Of a stretch of DNA of 64,000 nt, positions 51,646-60,737 are shown piece by piece. This DNA comes from Myxococcota bacterium (GTDB lineage: Bacteria; Myxococcota_A; UBA9160; PR03): assembly GCA_041611735.1 (NCBI GenBank), contig JBFIML010000014.1, forward strand, positions 9,921-73,920, given 5' to 3'. Positions within the stretch are counted from its first letter, which is position 1. Every line of letters begins with the position of its first letter. The notes beneath the pieces were generated by a model. It saw only the letters and a program-made list of their open reading frames with translations. It made no database searches and had not been told where the DNA came from. Position numbers and translations under genes: made by a program.

Positions 51646-53631
51646 TCACGGCATCACGTACTCGAGCACGAGCTCGGGGCGCCAGGCGCTGGTGCCGTGC
51701 TCGCGGCTGGCGGGCTCGAAGAGGTTGTTCTTGCGACTGGTGGGGGTGGGCTTCAGCAGGAGGCCGTGGTTCGGGGTAACCCCGTCGCGCCAGGCGTGGA
51801 CCAGGCCGGGCGGGATCGACCACGTCACCCAGCCCGTCGTGCCCGTCGGCACCGTGGTCTCGGACAGGACCGTCGGCTCGTGGGCGCCACCGCCCAGGCT
51901 CGACCAGGTGCCGGTCTCGTTCCAGGCCACCAGCACCCGGTGCATGCTGGCGTCGGTGTTCTTGCTCCCGAAGCTCCCCACCACGTGGGTCCGCAGCGTC
52001 GCCTTCGTGACCGTAGCCGTGGCCGGGAGACCCGAGACGTCGAACCGCAGCAGGGAGCGGTAGTGCTTCTCTCCCGCGTCGAGACCGACCCGCAGGCGGG
52101 AGTCGCTCCCGTAGTTGGCGGAAGGATCGTTCTCGTGGATTCGAGTATCGGCAGTGGGCGCGAGCACCAGGGTCGCGGGAAGGGGGGCCACCGCCTGGCG
52201 ATCGATCTGCACGTCGTCCACCCACACCTCGTCGATGCTCGAGCCGCTCGTGGTGAGGCCCACGGCGACGAAGCGGATCGCGCTGGCCACGGAGGCCCAG
52301 GCGCTGATGTCGTACTCGACGCTCTGATAGGCCGGCAGCGTACCGACCCCCTGGATGCGCCCGACCTCGGTCCAGGCGCCGCCCCCCGGGTCCCAGACCT
52401 GCACGCTCACGTGCTCGTCGCCGTCGAACTCCACGTGGCGGTAGACGAAGCTGAGACGCGCCGTATCGAAGCCCGATAGATCCGCCGCGCGCTGGATCGA
52501 CTTGTTGTCGCCCCGGAGCAGGAGGCGGTTGCCGCCCAGGTCGTTCTCGATCCGCAGGGCCCCGCTGCAGGAGTCCGTGGTCTCTTCCACCTCCTGCCAG
52601 GGCTGGCCGCTCCAATCGAGGGGGCCGTCGCTGCCCGCGTAGTCCACCGCCGGATCGCAGACCCGCTGCCGGAACTCGTCCCGGTAGTAGCCGCTCACGC
52701 AGCTCACGCCGCAGGGGCAGCTGTAGGTGACGGTGAGCTTGGGATGCAGCGCCGCCGCCGGGGCTTCGTTGGTGGTGAAGTCCGCGTGGTTCAGGCCGAG
52801 GCTGGCCTTCAGCATCATCCCGTAGTTGGAGACCGTCCCGGCCAGCCAGGCCGCCACGAGGGGCGTGACGTCCCACTGTCGCCATCCCGGAGCCAGGTGA
52901 TCCACCGGGGCGCTCGCCACGGCCTCGGAACGGTGGTCACCCCCCGGCGTGCTCCAGGACGCGCCGGTCTCACGCAGCAGCCAGGTCGCCTGATGCTGCG
53001 CCCAGGCGCGGGTGACCCGGTGAACGAAGATCTGGCCGCTGTTGGCGGAGCCGATGCCCTCCAGGTTGAGCTCGAGGACGGCGGACGAGACGGCCGCTGC
53101 GGCGGGGATCGTCCCGAGGCCGAAGCGGAGCAGGGCGTGGTCCTTGGCGTTGGTCTTGTTGCTGACCCGAACGCGCATCTCGGAGCCGAAGTTCGTGAAC
53201 GTCTGGCCGTCGTCCAGGTAGGTGGCCCGGCCCTCGCCGGGGCCCGGCTGCAGCACCGCGATCACCGGCGTGGCCGCCACCGCCACCTGACGGGTCACGG
53301 TGCGGGTGACCCCGCTGGCCAGCGCGCCCGTGGCGGCGATGGCCATGCGGGCGGGGCCCACGGGAGTGAAGATTGCACTGTACCCATGGGGGCCGAAGGG
53401 CGTGGGCGGGAGGCCCGGCGTCCCGCCGCAGCCCGTCTGCTTGAGGCGCCAGCGGGCGTGGTGGTAGCCAGCCTCCGCCACGTAGCGGGCCACCTCCGCC
53501 TCCCGGTCGCCGGCGGCCATGCGCGCCTCGAGGGCGCCCTGCCGGGAGAGCAGCCAGGCCAGGGCCGCCACCGTGGCCACGGCCAGCACCACCGGCAGCA
53601 GCAGGAGGCCGCCCTGGGAGCGCCTCCTCAC
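51646..53631 (-). CDS. PilX/GspK-like minor pilin fused to two DNRLRE-like domains
   Basis: QGG|LLLLPVV (no E5), ARYVAEAG; two D/ATxI..N(F/Y)G..LLRF..W..DVT..W..N(Y/H)G..P.L domains. Confidence 0.8.
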   Translation of the reverse strand: MRRRSQGGLLLLPVVLAVATVAALAWLLSRQGALEARMAAGDREAEVARYVAEAGYHHARWRLKQTGCGGTPGLPPTPFGPHGYSAIFTPVGPARMAIAATGALASGVTRTVTRQVAVAATPVIAVLQPGPGEGRATYLDDGQTFTNFGSEMRVRVSNKTNAKDHALLRFGLGTIPAAAAVSSAVLELNLEGIGSANSGQIFVHRVTRAWAQHQATWLLRETGASWSTPGGDHRSEAVASAPVDHLAPGWRQWDVTPLVAAWLAGTVSNYGMMLKASLGLNHADFTTNEAPAAALHPKLTVTYSCPCGVSCVSGYYRDEFRQRVCDPAVDYAGSDGPLDWSGQPWQEVEETTDSCSGALRIENDLGGNRLLLRGDNKSIQRAADLSGFDTARLSFVYRHVEFDGDEHVSVQVWDPGGGAWTEVGRIQGVGTLPAYQSVEYDISAWASVASAIRFVAVGLTTSGSSIDEVWVDDVQIDRQAVAPLPATLVLAPTADTRIHENDPSANYGSDSRLRVGLDAGEKHYRSLLRFDVSGLPATATVTKATLRTHVVGSFGSKNTDASMHRVLVAWNETGTWSSLGGGAHEPTVLSETTVPTGTTGWVTWSIPPGLVHAWRDGVTPNHGLLLKPTPTSRKNNLFEPASREHGTSAWRPELVLEYVMP

Positions 53632-54563
53632 AGGGCGCCTCCCACCCGCACCCGACGCACGAGGCGAAGGAGGCGACCGTCCGCGTCGGGAAGCTCCAGG
53701 ACGAGCTCCACCAGCACAGCCCGATCGCTGACGTTGGAAGGCAGGCGGCGGGCCTCGAAGCGGGTTAGCCCCGCGGCGATGGGCTGCTCGGTGAACTGGA
53801 GGCCGTTCGCCGCGTGGGGCACGGGGATGCGTTCCAGGAGGAGGTCGCCCTGCCTGCGGAAGAGCACCACCTCGAAGCCGTCCTCGTCCTTGGTGCCGCG
53901 CTGGTCCTCGTCCTCGTCGTCGTCCTCCTTGCTGCTCTCGTCCACCAGCCCGTCGCCGTCGTCGTCGATCCCGGCGATGCCCGCCGCACCGTCGGCGTTC
54001 AGATCCGCGCCCAGGTCCTCGTCGATGGACGCGTCGCCGTCGTCGTCCGCGCCGTCCAGGGCCTCCTCGTCCTTGGTGCCGCGCTGGTCCTCGTCCTCGT
54101 CGTCGTCCTCCTTGTTGCTCTCGTCCACCAGCCCGTCGCCGTCGTCGTCGATCCCGGCAATGCCCGCCGCACCGTCGGCGTTCAGATCCGCGCCCGGATC
54201 CTCGTCGATGCGGCCGTCCCGGTCGTTGTCCGCGTCCGCGAAGCCGTCGCCATCCCGATCCAGGCGCGGATCGAGCACCAGGGCCAGCACGTCGCGCACG
54301 GACTCGCTCCAGGGCGTGGCGGGGGCCTCAGCCAGGGGCAGCAGCAGGCGGGGCGAGCCGGCCACCGCCGTCACCATGCGGTCCATGGCGAAGCGGACCT
54401 CGCGCAGGCGGTCGTTGCGCGCCCGCGCCATCCGCTCGGCCGAGAGGGCATTGCTCACCGCGCCGGCCAGGCCTGCCAGCAGGAGCGCCCCGACGATCAG
54501 GACCACCAGGAGCTCCACCAGCGTGAAGCCCGCCCGCTGCCGGTCCCCGGGCTCAGTCGGCAC
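53628..54563 (-). CDS. PilW/GspJ-like minor pilin with Asp-rich repeats
   Basis: AG|FTLVELLVVL class III signal. Confidence 0.85.
   Translation of the reverse strand: MPTEPGDRQRAGFTLVELLVVLIVGALLLAGLAGAVSNALSAERMARARNDRLREVRFAMDRMVTAVAGSPRLLLPLAEAPATPWSESVRDVLALVLDPRLDRDGDGFADADNDRDGRIDEDPGADLNADGAAGIAGIDDDGDGLVDESNKEDDDEDEDQRGTKDEEALDGADDDGDASIDEDLGADLNADGAAGIAGIDDDGDGLVDESSKEDDDEDEDQRGTKDEDGFEVVLFRRQGDLLLERIPVPHAANGLQFTEQPIAAGLTRFEARRLPSNVSDRAVLVELVLELPDADGRLLRLVRRVRVGGAL
53881..54210. repeat. 183-bp-period tandem duplication in the minor pilin
   Basis: 53881-54027 nearly identical to 54064-54210 (61-aa period). Confidence 0.93.
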
Positions 54564-54978
54564 CGCTCAGGGTCTCGATGACATGAGGCGTTCCCTCGAC
54601 CACCACCCGGATCCAGAGCAGGCCCGCATCCCCGCCGGTGAAGGGATTCGCGTCGCCGTCCGCCCCGTCTGCGTCGTAGCGGGCCAGGTAGACCAGGCGC
54701 CGGTTCGGGGTCATCACGGGATCGGAGAAGGAAGTCGGGACCGTGGGCCCGCCTGCCGCGGCTGCCGCGCTCTCGAGGCTCAGCAGAGGCGCCGTCAGCA
54801 CCTCCTCGAGCTTCGAGAGGAGCCGATGGTGCTGAACGGCGACTCCCTCGTGAACGGCCGGAGCCTGGATGCCCGCATGCAGGGCATCCAGGGCCGGCAC
54901 CAGGCTGGCCGCCAGCAGCAGCGTGGCCAGCAGGACCTCCACGTGGGAGAGCCCGTCCTGGCGCCCCCCCCGGCTCAC
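54553..54978 (-). CDS. PilV/GspI-like minor pilin
   Basis: DG|LSHVEVLLA class III signal with E5. Confidence 0.8.
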   Translation of the reverse strand: MSRGGRQDGLSHVEVLLATLLLAASLVPALDALHAGIQAPAVHEGVAVQHHRLLSKLEEVLTAPLLSLESAAAAAGGPTVPTSFSDPVMTPNRRLVYLARYDADGADGDANPFTGGDAGLLWIRVVVEGTPHVIETLSGAD

Positions 54979-55529
54979 GGCAGCGTCACGCGACCGAGGG
55001 GCGAGAGCACGACGTCGCGCTGATTGCGACCGAGGCGCAGCTGCACCGTGCCGGCGCTGAGCGGCCGCCAGCCTCCCGCCTCCACGAAGCCCGCGTGGCC
55101 CTCGGCGTCGAAGAGAACGTCCGCGCGCGAGCCGCCGAGGCCCGCGTACGCGAAGGGGGCGGTCGCGTTGCGCAGCGCCGCGCCGCGGGCGTGGGGCAAC
55201 GCGTCGAGACGGAAGCGGTACGGCTGCCCGGTCAGGGGGTGGGCCAGGACGGAGCCCACCGCGACCCCGCCGCCCGAGAGGTCCGCCTTGAAGACGCTGA
55301 CCAGTCCGGGAGGAGGAACCACCCGCGCGCCGTGCACCTCGGCGGTGCGCAGCGCCTCGCTGCGCGCGAAGCGCAGTGCCGCGGCCACCTCCTCGGCGAC
55401 CAGGTCCAGGCGGTGGGGATCGGTGCTCGAGAGGCGCGGCACCACGACCAGGGCCAGGATGCCCAGGACCAGGGCCGCCAGGACCAGCTCGAGAAGCGTG
55501 AAGCCGTCGGGCCGGGATTCGGACCCCAT
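54975..55529 (-). CDS. FimT/GspH-like minor pilin
   Basis: DG|FTLLELV, LRFARSEA, FDAEG, terminal GRV. Confidence 0.87.
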   Translation of the reverse strand: MGSESRPDGFTLLELVLAALVLGILALVVVPRLSSTDPHRLDLVAEEVAAALRFARSEALRTAEVHGARVVPPPGLVSVFKADLSGGGVAVGSVLAHPLTGQPYRFRLDALPHARGAALRNATAPFAYAGLGGSRADVLFDAEGHAGFVEAGGWRPLSAGTVQLRLGRNQRDVVLSPLGRVTLP

Positions 55530-55643
55530 GCGCCGCCTCCGGGAGGGCCTGGGCACAGGCCCTTCCCGTTCATCGGCGTGCGGCGCCGGGGCGCTGAGCG
55601 CATCGGCCCCCGCGGGGCGGGAGGCGCGCCTCGAGCAGCCTGC

Positions 55644-56957
55644 CTACAGCTTGCGGATCTTCTCGCGCCCGGTCCGCAGCCCACGCGTGGCGTTGCGGGT
55701 GTCGAAGACGCGGGGGGCGTGCTCCACCAGCCGCTCGTAGTCCACGCTGCTGTGGTCGGTGATGATCACGACCAGGTCCGCGGCGGCCAGGACGTCGTCG
55801 GTCGGGTCCACGCTCTTGAGCGCCGCCCCGTCCAGCAGCAGCTCCGGCACGTGGGGGTCGTGGTACTCGAGCCGGGCGCCCTTGGCGAGCAGCAGGCGCA
55901 TCACGTCCAGGGACGGGGACTCGCGGATGTCCGACACGTCGCGCTTGTACGCGACCCCGAGCACCAGGATGCGCGCGCCGTTCACCGCCAGGCGATCCTC
56001 GTTCAGGATGTCGCCGGCCTTGCGGGCCACGTGCTCGGGCATGTGCCCGTTGATCTCGGTGGCCAGCTCGATGAAGCGGGCCGGGAAGTTCAGGGACTTC
56101 ATCTTCCAGGCCAGGTAGGTGGGATCCACGGGGATGCAGTGGCCCCCGAGGCCCGGCCCGGGCTGGAACTTCATGAAGCCGTAGGGCTTGGTGGCCGCGG
56201 CGTCGATCACCTCCCAGACGTCGATGCCGAGCCGGTCGCACATGAGGGCCACCTCGTTGGCGAGCCCGATGTTGATGGAGCGGAAGGTGTTCTCGAGCAG
56301 CTTCACCATCTCGGCGCTGTGGCTGGAGGAGACGGGCACGACGCGGTCGAAGACGCTCTCGAACACCTTCACCGCCAGCTCGGTGCAGAGCGGCGTCTCC
56401 CCGCCCACGACCTTGGGCACCCGGCGCACCGGGAAATCCTTGTTGGCGGGATCGATGCGCTCGGGCGCGAAGGCCAGCGAGATGTCGGTGCCGACGCGCA
56501 GGCCGGTGCCCTCGAGCATGGGGCGGAACAGCTCGTGGGTGGTCCCGGGATACGTGGTGCTGCCCAGGATCACCAGGTGGCCCGCCCGCAGCCGGCGCCG
56601 GATCTCCTCCACGGCCTTGGCCAGATGGGAGAAGTCCGGGTCCTTCGACTTGGTGAGCGGCGTCGGGACGCAGACGTTGATCACGTCCGTGGCCGAGAGC
56701 TCGGCGAAGTCGAGGGTGGCCACCAGGCGACCCTGCTCCCGGGCCCGCACCACCTCCTGCGCCGGGACGTCCTCGATGTAGGAGCGCGCCTCATCGATCG
56801 CGCGCACCTTCTCGGCGTCGAGGTCGAAGCCCGTCACCCGGAAGCCCGCCTTGGCGAACTCCACCGCGAGCGGCAGCCCCACGTAGCCGAGCCCCATCAC
56901 CCCGATGTGCGCCTCGCGCGCCTCGATCCGGGCTCCGAGATCCTGCAGGCGACTCAT
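55644..56957 (-). CDS. UDP-N-acetylhexosamine dehydrogenase (WbpA/WecC family)
   Basis: GLGYVGLP, CVPTP, STTYPGTT, PGPGLGGHCIP, GVAYK..DIRESP. Confidence 0.93.
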   Translation of the reverse strand: MSRLQDLGARIEAREAHIGVMGLGYVGLPLAVEFAKAGFRVTGFDLDAEKVRAIDEARSYIEDVPAQEVVRAREQGRLVATLDFAELSATDVINVCVPTPLTKSKDPDFSHLAKAVEEIRRRLRAGHLVILGSTTYPGTTHELFRPMLEGTGLRVGTDISLAFAPERIDPANKDFPVRRVPKVVGGETPLCTELAVKVFESVFDRVVPVSSSHSAEMVKLLENTFRSINIGLANEVALMCDRLGIDVWEVIDAAATKPYGFMKFQPGPGLGGHCIPVDPTYLAWKMKSLNFPARFIELATEINGHMPEHVARKAGDILNEDRLAVNGARILVLGVAYKRDVSDIRESPSLDVMRLLLAKGARLEYHDPHVPELLLDGAALKSVDPTDDVLAAADLVVIITDHSSVDYERLVEHAPRVFDTRNATRGLRTGREKIRKL

Positions 56958-57580
56958 CCAGGTCCCTCCCCCGGGGGAGAGCCCCGGCTCCCACCGAAGT
57001 ACTGGGCAAAGTAGACGTATCCCGACCACAGGGTAAGTGCCGTGGCGGCCACCAGGGCGACGAGGCCGATGTCGTGGGCCGGCAGGCCGAAGGCCCGCTT
57101 CGGGAACAGCAGCGCCCCGATCGCCACGTTCTGGCTCACGGCCTTCACCTTGCCGAGCCAGGAGGCGGCCACCACCTGCCCGCCCGCCGAGGCGATGCCG
57201 CGCAGGCCCGTGACGGCCAGCTCGCGTCCCACGATCACCACCACCATCAGCAGGCCCCAGCGCGGGATGCGGCCCATGACCAGCAGCACGATCAGCGCCG
57301 TGGCCACCACGAGCTTGTCGGCCAGGGGGTCCAGGAGCTTTCCGATCGAGGTCACCTGCTGACCGCGCCGGGCCAGCCAGCCGTCCAGCAGGTCCGAGAG
57401 GGCCGCCACGATGAAGAGCCAGGCGACCAGGTGGCTGGTGGATCGGCCCGGCAGCCAGGGGAAGGCCAGCAGCACGGGCACCACCCCGATGCGGAGCAGC
57501 GTGATGGTATTGGGAAGGTTCCAGAAGCGTTCGACGGGAGGCCGCCGCGGGTGCGGGGCCGCCTCACCGGAGCTCGTCAT
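56954..57580 (-). CDS. pgsA: CDP-diacylglycerol--glycerol-3-phosphate 3-phosphatidyltransferase
   Basis: NLPNTITLLR, SDLLDGWLAR..GKLLDPLADK, GRELAVTGLR. Confidence 0.94.
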   Translation of the reverse strand: MTSSGEAAPHPRRPPVERFWNLPNTITLLRIGVVPVLLAFPWLPGRSTSHLVAWLFIVAALSDLLDGWLARRGQQVTSIGKLLDPLADKLVVATALIVLLVMGRIPRWGLLMVVVIVGRELAVTGLRGIASAGGQVVAASWLGKVKAVSQNVAIGALLFPKRAFGLPAHDIGLVALVAATALTLWSGYVYFAQYFGGSRGSPPGEGPG

Positions 57581-58169
57581 AGTAGAGGCGATAGTAGTGC
57601 AGAACGCGCCGCACGTACTGCCGCGTCTCCTGGTAGGGCGGAACCCCCTGGTGACGATCCACCGCCCTAGGACCCGCGTTGTAGGCGGCCAGGGCGAGGA
57701 TCCAGTTGCGGTAGCGGTCCACCATGTGCCGCAGGTACAGGCTTCCGCCCAGCAGGTTCTCGTCGGGCCGGAAGGGATCGCGGACGCCCACGTGGGCCGC
57801 CGTGGCGGGCATGAGCTGCATCAGCCCCACGGCCCCCTTGCGGGAGATGGCAAAGGGATCGAAGGCGGACTCGGCGTGCACGACGGCCTTGACCAGGGCC
57901 GGCGGCAGACCGTGCCGCCGCGCCGCTTGGACGATCAGGGCGTCGAAGGCGTTCGGATCGCGCCGCTGGGGCCGGGTCTGCAGGCCACGGGGCGTGATGC
58001 GGACGGGCTCGAAGCGCCGGTCGGTGGGCACGTCGGTGAGGTGCACCACGCCGCGTTCGTCCACCCAGCGGTAGACGTTCCCGGCGCCTGCCAGGCAAGG
58101 AGCCATTCCCGCCGCAACGAACACGAGGGCGCCGAACATGCGTGCCAGGCTGCGTCGGGCGACCGTCAT
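57564..58169 (-). CDS. lytic transglycosylase (SLT) with N-terminal DUF4124-like domain
   Basis: VYRWVDERGVVHLTDVP; AESAF, GAVGLMQLMP, LAAYNAG. Confidence 0.93.
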   Translation of the reverse strand: MTVARRSLARMFGALVFVAAGMAPCLAGAGNVYRWVDERGVVHLTDVPTDRRFEPVRITPRGLQTRPQRRDPNAFDALIVQAARRHGLPPALVKAVVHAESAFDPFAISRKGAVGLMQLMPATAAHVGVRDPFRPDENLLGGSLYLRHMVDRYRNWILALAAYNAGPRAVDRHQGVPPYQETRQYVRRVLHYYRLYYDELR

Positions 58170-58251
58170 GCGGCTCCTCGCGTCCCGGGTTCCGGCAACC
58201 GACTCGTTGGCAGGGGTCCGCCCCGCGGGTAGACTCGGCCCGACCCCGGGG

Positions 58252-58279
58252 TTATCGGCCCCCGGGAAGGCGTGCCTTA
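58252..58279 (-). promoter_or_regulatory. putative sigma28-family promoter of the SLT gene
   Basis: TAAG-N16-GCCGATAA (perfect -10). Confidence 0.62.
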
Positions 58280-58306
58280 GCCCTTCCCCATCCGTGACGC
58301 AGGGGA

Positions 58307-59941
58307 GTGCCCCGTTTGTCGGAGCCGCACGAGTTCGAATTCCTCGTGGTGGGAAGCGGGATTGCCGGGCTGTTCTACGCCTTGCGGGTGGCCGACGGAG
58401 GGCGCGTCGGCCTCGTGACCAAGCGCCGGGCCGACGACGCCGCCACCAGCTGGGCCCAGGGGGGCATCGCCGCGGTGCTCTCCGCGGAGGACTCCTTCGA
58501 GGACCACCTGCAGGACACCCTGCGGGCGGGGGACGGTCTGTGCGACCCGGAGGTGGCCCGCCGGGTCATCGAGCGGGGCCCGGCCATGATCGAGGCCCTG
58601 ATCGGGCTCGGGGTGCGCTTCGACCGCCGCCCCGAGGGCCGGGGCAACGACGCCATCGACTTCGATCTCGGGCGCGAGGGGGGTCATACGCGCCGGCGCA
58701 TCCTCCACCACCGGGACGCCACCGGACGGGAGGTCGAGCGCGCGCTCCTGGACCGCGCCCGCGCCCACCCCAACGTGACCCTCTTCGAGCACCACGCGGC
58801 CATCGACCTGATCACCGCGCGCAAGGTGGGGCTGCCGGGCGGCAATCGGGTGCTCGGGGCCTACGTGCTCGACGCGGTGGCCGGCCGGGTGGAACGCTTC
58901 CTCGCGCCGATCACGCTGCTTGCCACCGGAGGTGCGGGGAAGGTCTACCTCTACACCTCGAACCCGGACGTGGCCTCCGGCGACGGGATCGCCATGGCGT
59001 ACCGGGCGGGCGCCACCATCGCCAACATGGAGTTCATGCAGTTCCACCCCACCTGCCTGTTCCACCCCCAGGCCAAGTCCTTCCTCATCACCGAGGCGGT
59101 GCGGGGCGAGGGAGGCATCCTGCGCAGCCAGGCGGGCGAGGCCTTCATGGCCCGCTACCACGACATGAAGGACCTGGCTCCGCGCGACGTGGTGGCGCGC
59201 GCCATCGACACGGAGCTCAAACGATCCGGCGACGAGTGGGTGCTCCTCGAGGTCTGCCATCGGGATCCCGCCTTCGTCCGCGAACGCTTCCCGAACATCT
59301 ACGAGCGCTGCCTCGGCTTCGGAATCGACATCAGCAAGGAGCCCATCCCGGTGGTGCCGGCGGCCCACTACTGCTGCGGGGGGCTGCGCACGAACGGCGC
59401 CGCCGAGACGGACCTGCGGAACCTGTTCGCGGCCGGTGAGGTCTCTTGCACGGGGCTGCACGGCGCGAACCGGCTCGCCTCCAACTCGCTGCTGGAGAGC
59501 CTGGTGTTCGCGGACGCGGCCGCCACCGCCAGCCGCGCGCGCCTGCGGGACGTGGCGCCGCTCGGGGGCGAGGTGCCCCGCTGGCAGGAGGGCGCCGCCA
59601 CCGAGAGCGACGAGGCGGTGGTGATCACCCAGAACTGGGACGAGATCCGCCGCTTCATGTGGAACTACGTGGGCATCGTGCGCAGCGACAAGCGGCTGGC
59701 CCGCGCCCGTCACCGCATCGAGCTCCTGCAGGAGGAGATCACCGACTACTATTGGAACTTCAGGGTGACGCCGGACCTGCTCGAGCTGCGCAATCTGGCC
59801 CTGGTGGCGGAGCTGGTGATCCGCTGCGCCGCCTGGCGCAGCGAGAGCCGCGGGCTCCACTTCAACATCGACCACCCGCAGCGCGACGACGCTCGCTTCG
59901 CCACAGACACGCTGATCCGGCGCGAGCCCCACCCGGCCTGA
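58307..59941 (+). CDS. nadB: L-aspartate oxidase
   Basis: [39 protein letters not shown]. Confidence 0.95.
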   Translation: MPRLSEPHEFEFLVVGSGIAGLFYALRVADGGRVGLVTKRRADDAATSWAQGGIAAVLSAEDSFEDHLQDTLRAGDGLCDPEVARRVIERGPAMIEALIGLGVRFDRRPEGRGNDAIDFDLGREGGHTRRRILHHRDATGREVERALLDRARAHPNVTLFEHHAAIDLITARKVGLPGGNRVLGAYVLDAVAGRVERFLAPITLLATGGAGKVYLYTSNPDVASGDGIAMAYRAGATIANMEFMQFHPTCLFHPQAKSFLITEAVRGEGGILRSQAGEAFMARYHDMKDLAPRDVVARAIDTELKRSGDEWVLLEVCHRDPAFVRERFPNIYERCLGFGIDISKEPIPVVPAAHYCCGGLRTNGAAETDLRNLFAAGEVSCTGLHGANRLASNSLLESLVFADAAATASRARLRDVAPLGGEVPRWQEGAATESDEAVVITQNWDEIRRFMWNYVGIVRSDKRLARARHRIELLQEEITDYYWNFRVTPDLLELRNLALVAELVIRCAAWRSESRGLHFNIDHPQRDDARFATDTLIRREPHPA

Positions 59942-59948
59942 GGCCGGC

Positions 59949-60737
59949 TCACTCGGGAGTCACGTAGGCGCCGGTGATGCCGCCGTCCACCAGGAAGGTG
60001 GCTCCGTTCACGTAGGACGCTTCGTCGGAGGCCAGGAACAGGGCGGCCCGCGCCACCTCGGCGGGCTCCGCCAGGCGACCCATGGGCACGTGCACGAGTC
60101 GGCGGGCCCGGGCCGCCGGCTCCGCCAGCAGCCCGGCCAGCAGCGGCGTGTTGACGGGGCCCGGGCAGAGCGCGTTGGCCCGGATGCCCCGCCGCGCATA
60201 CTCCACCGCCACCTCGCGGGTGAGCGCCAGCACGCCCCCCTTGCTGGCCGTGTAGGCCACCTGGGAGGTGGCGGCGCCCATCACCGCCACGAAGGAGGCG
60301 GTGTTCACGATGGCCCCGCCTCCCGCGCGCAGCAGCGCCGGGATGCCGTGCTTGCAGCCCAGGAAGACCCCCTTCAGGTTCACGGCGATCACCCGGTCGA
60401 AGACCTGCTCGGGCGTGTCCACGGGCGAGCCGTCCTCGGCGGGAAAGATGCCGGCGTTGTTGAAGACCACGTGCAGGGCGCCGAAGCGCCGCTCGGCGGT
60501 CTCCACCGCAGCGCGCACGTCGTCGCTGCGCGCCACGTCCGTGGCCACGAATAGCGCCTCGCCGCCGTCGGCGCGGATCGCCGCCGCGGTGGCCTCGCCC
60601 CCGGCCCGGTCCTGGTCCGCCACCACCACCCGCGCCCCCTCGGCGGCGAACAGGCGCGCCGCCTCCCGGCCGATCCCGCCGGCGGCGCCGGTGATGAGCG
60701 CCGTGCGCCCCGCCAGGCGCCCGCCCGTACCGCTCAC
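59949..60737 (-). CDS. short-chain dehydrogenase/reductase
   Basis: TGAAGGIG, NNAG, YTASK, CPGPVNT. Confidence 0.93.
   Translation of the reverse strand: MSGTGGRLAGRTALITGAAGGIGREAARLFAAEGARVVVADQDRAGGEATAAAIRADGGEALFVATDVARSDDVRAAVETAERRFGALHVVFNNAGIFPAEDGSPVDTPEQVFDRVIAVNLKGVFLGCKHGIPALLRAGGGAIVNTASFVAVMGAATSQVAYTASKGGVLALTREVAVEYARRGIRANALCPGPVNTPLLAGLLAEPAARARRLVHVPMGRLAEPAEVARAALFLASDEASYVNGATFLVDGGITGAYVTPE

Noticed and set aside
53881-54210. CRISPR-like repeats
   Set aside because: In-frame coding duplication with two copies, no spacers and no cas genes.
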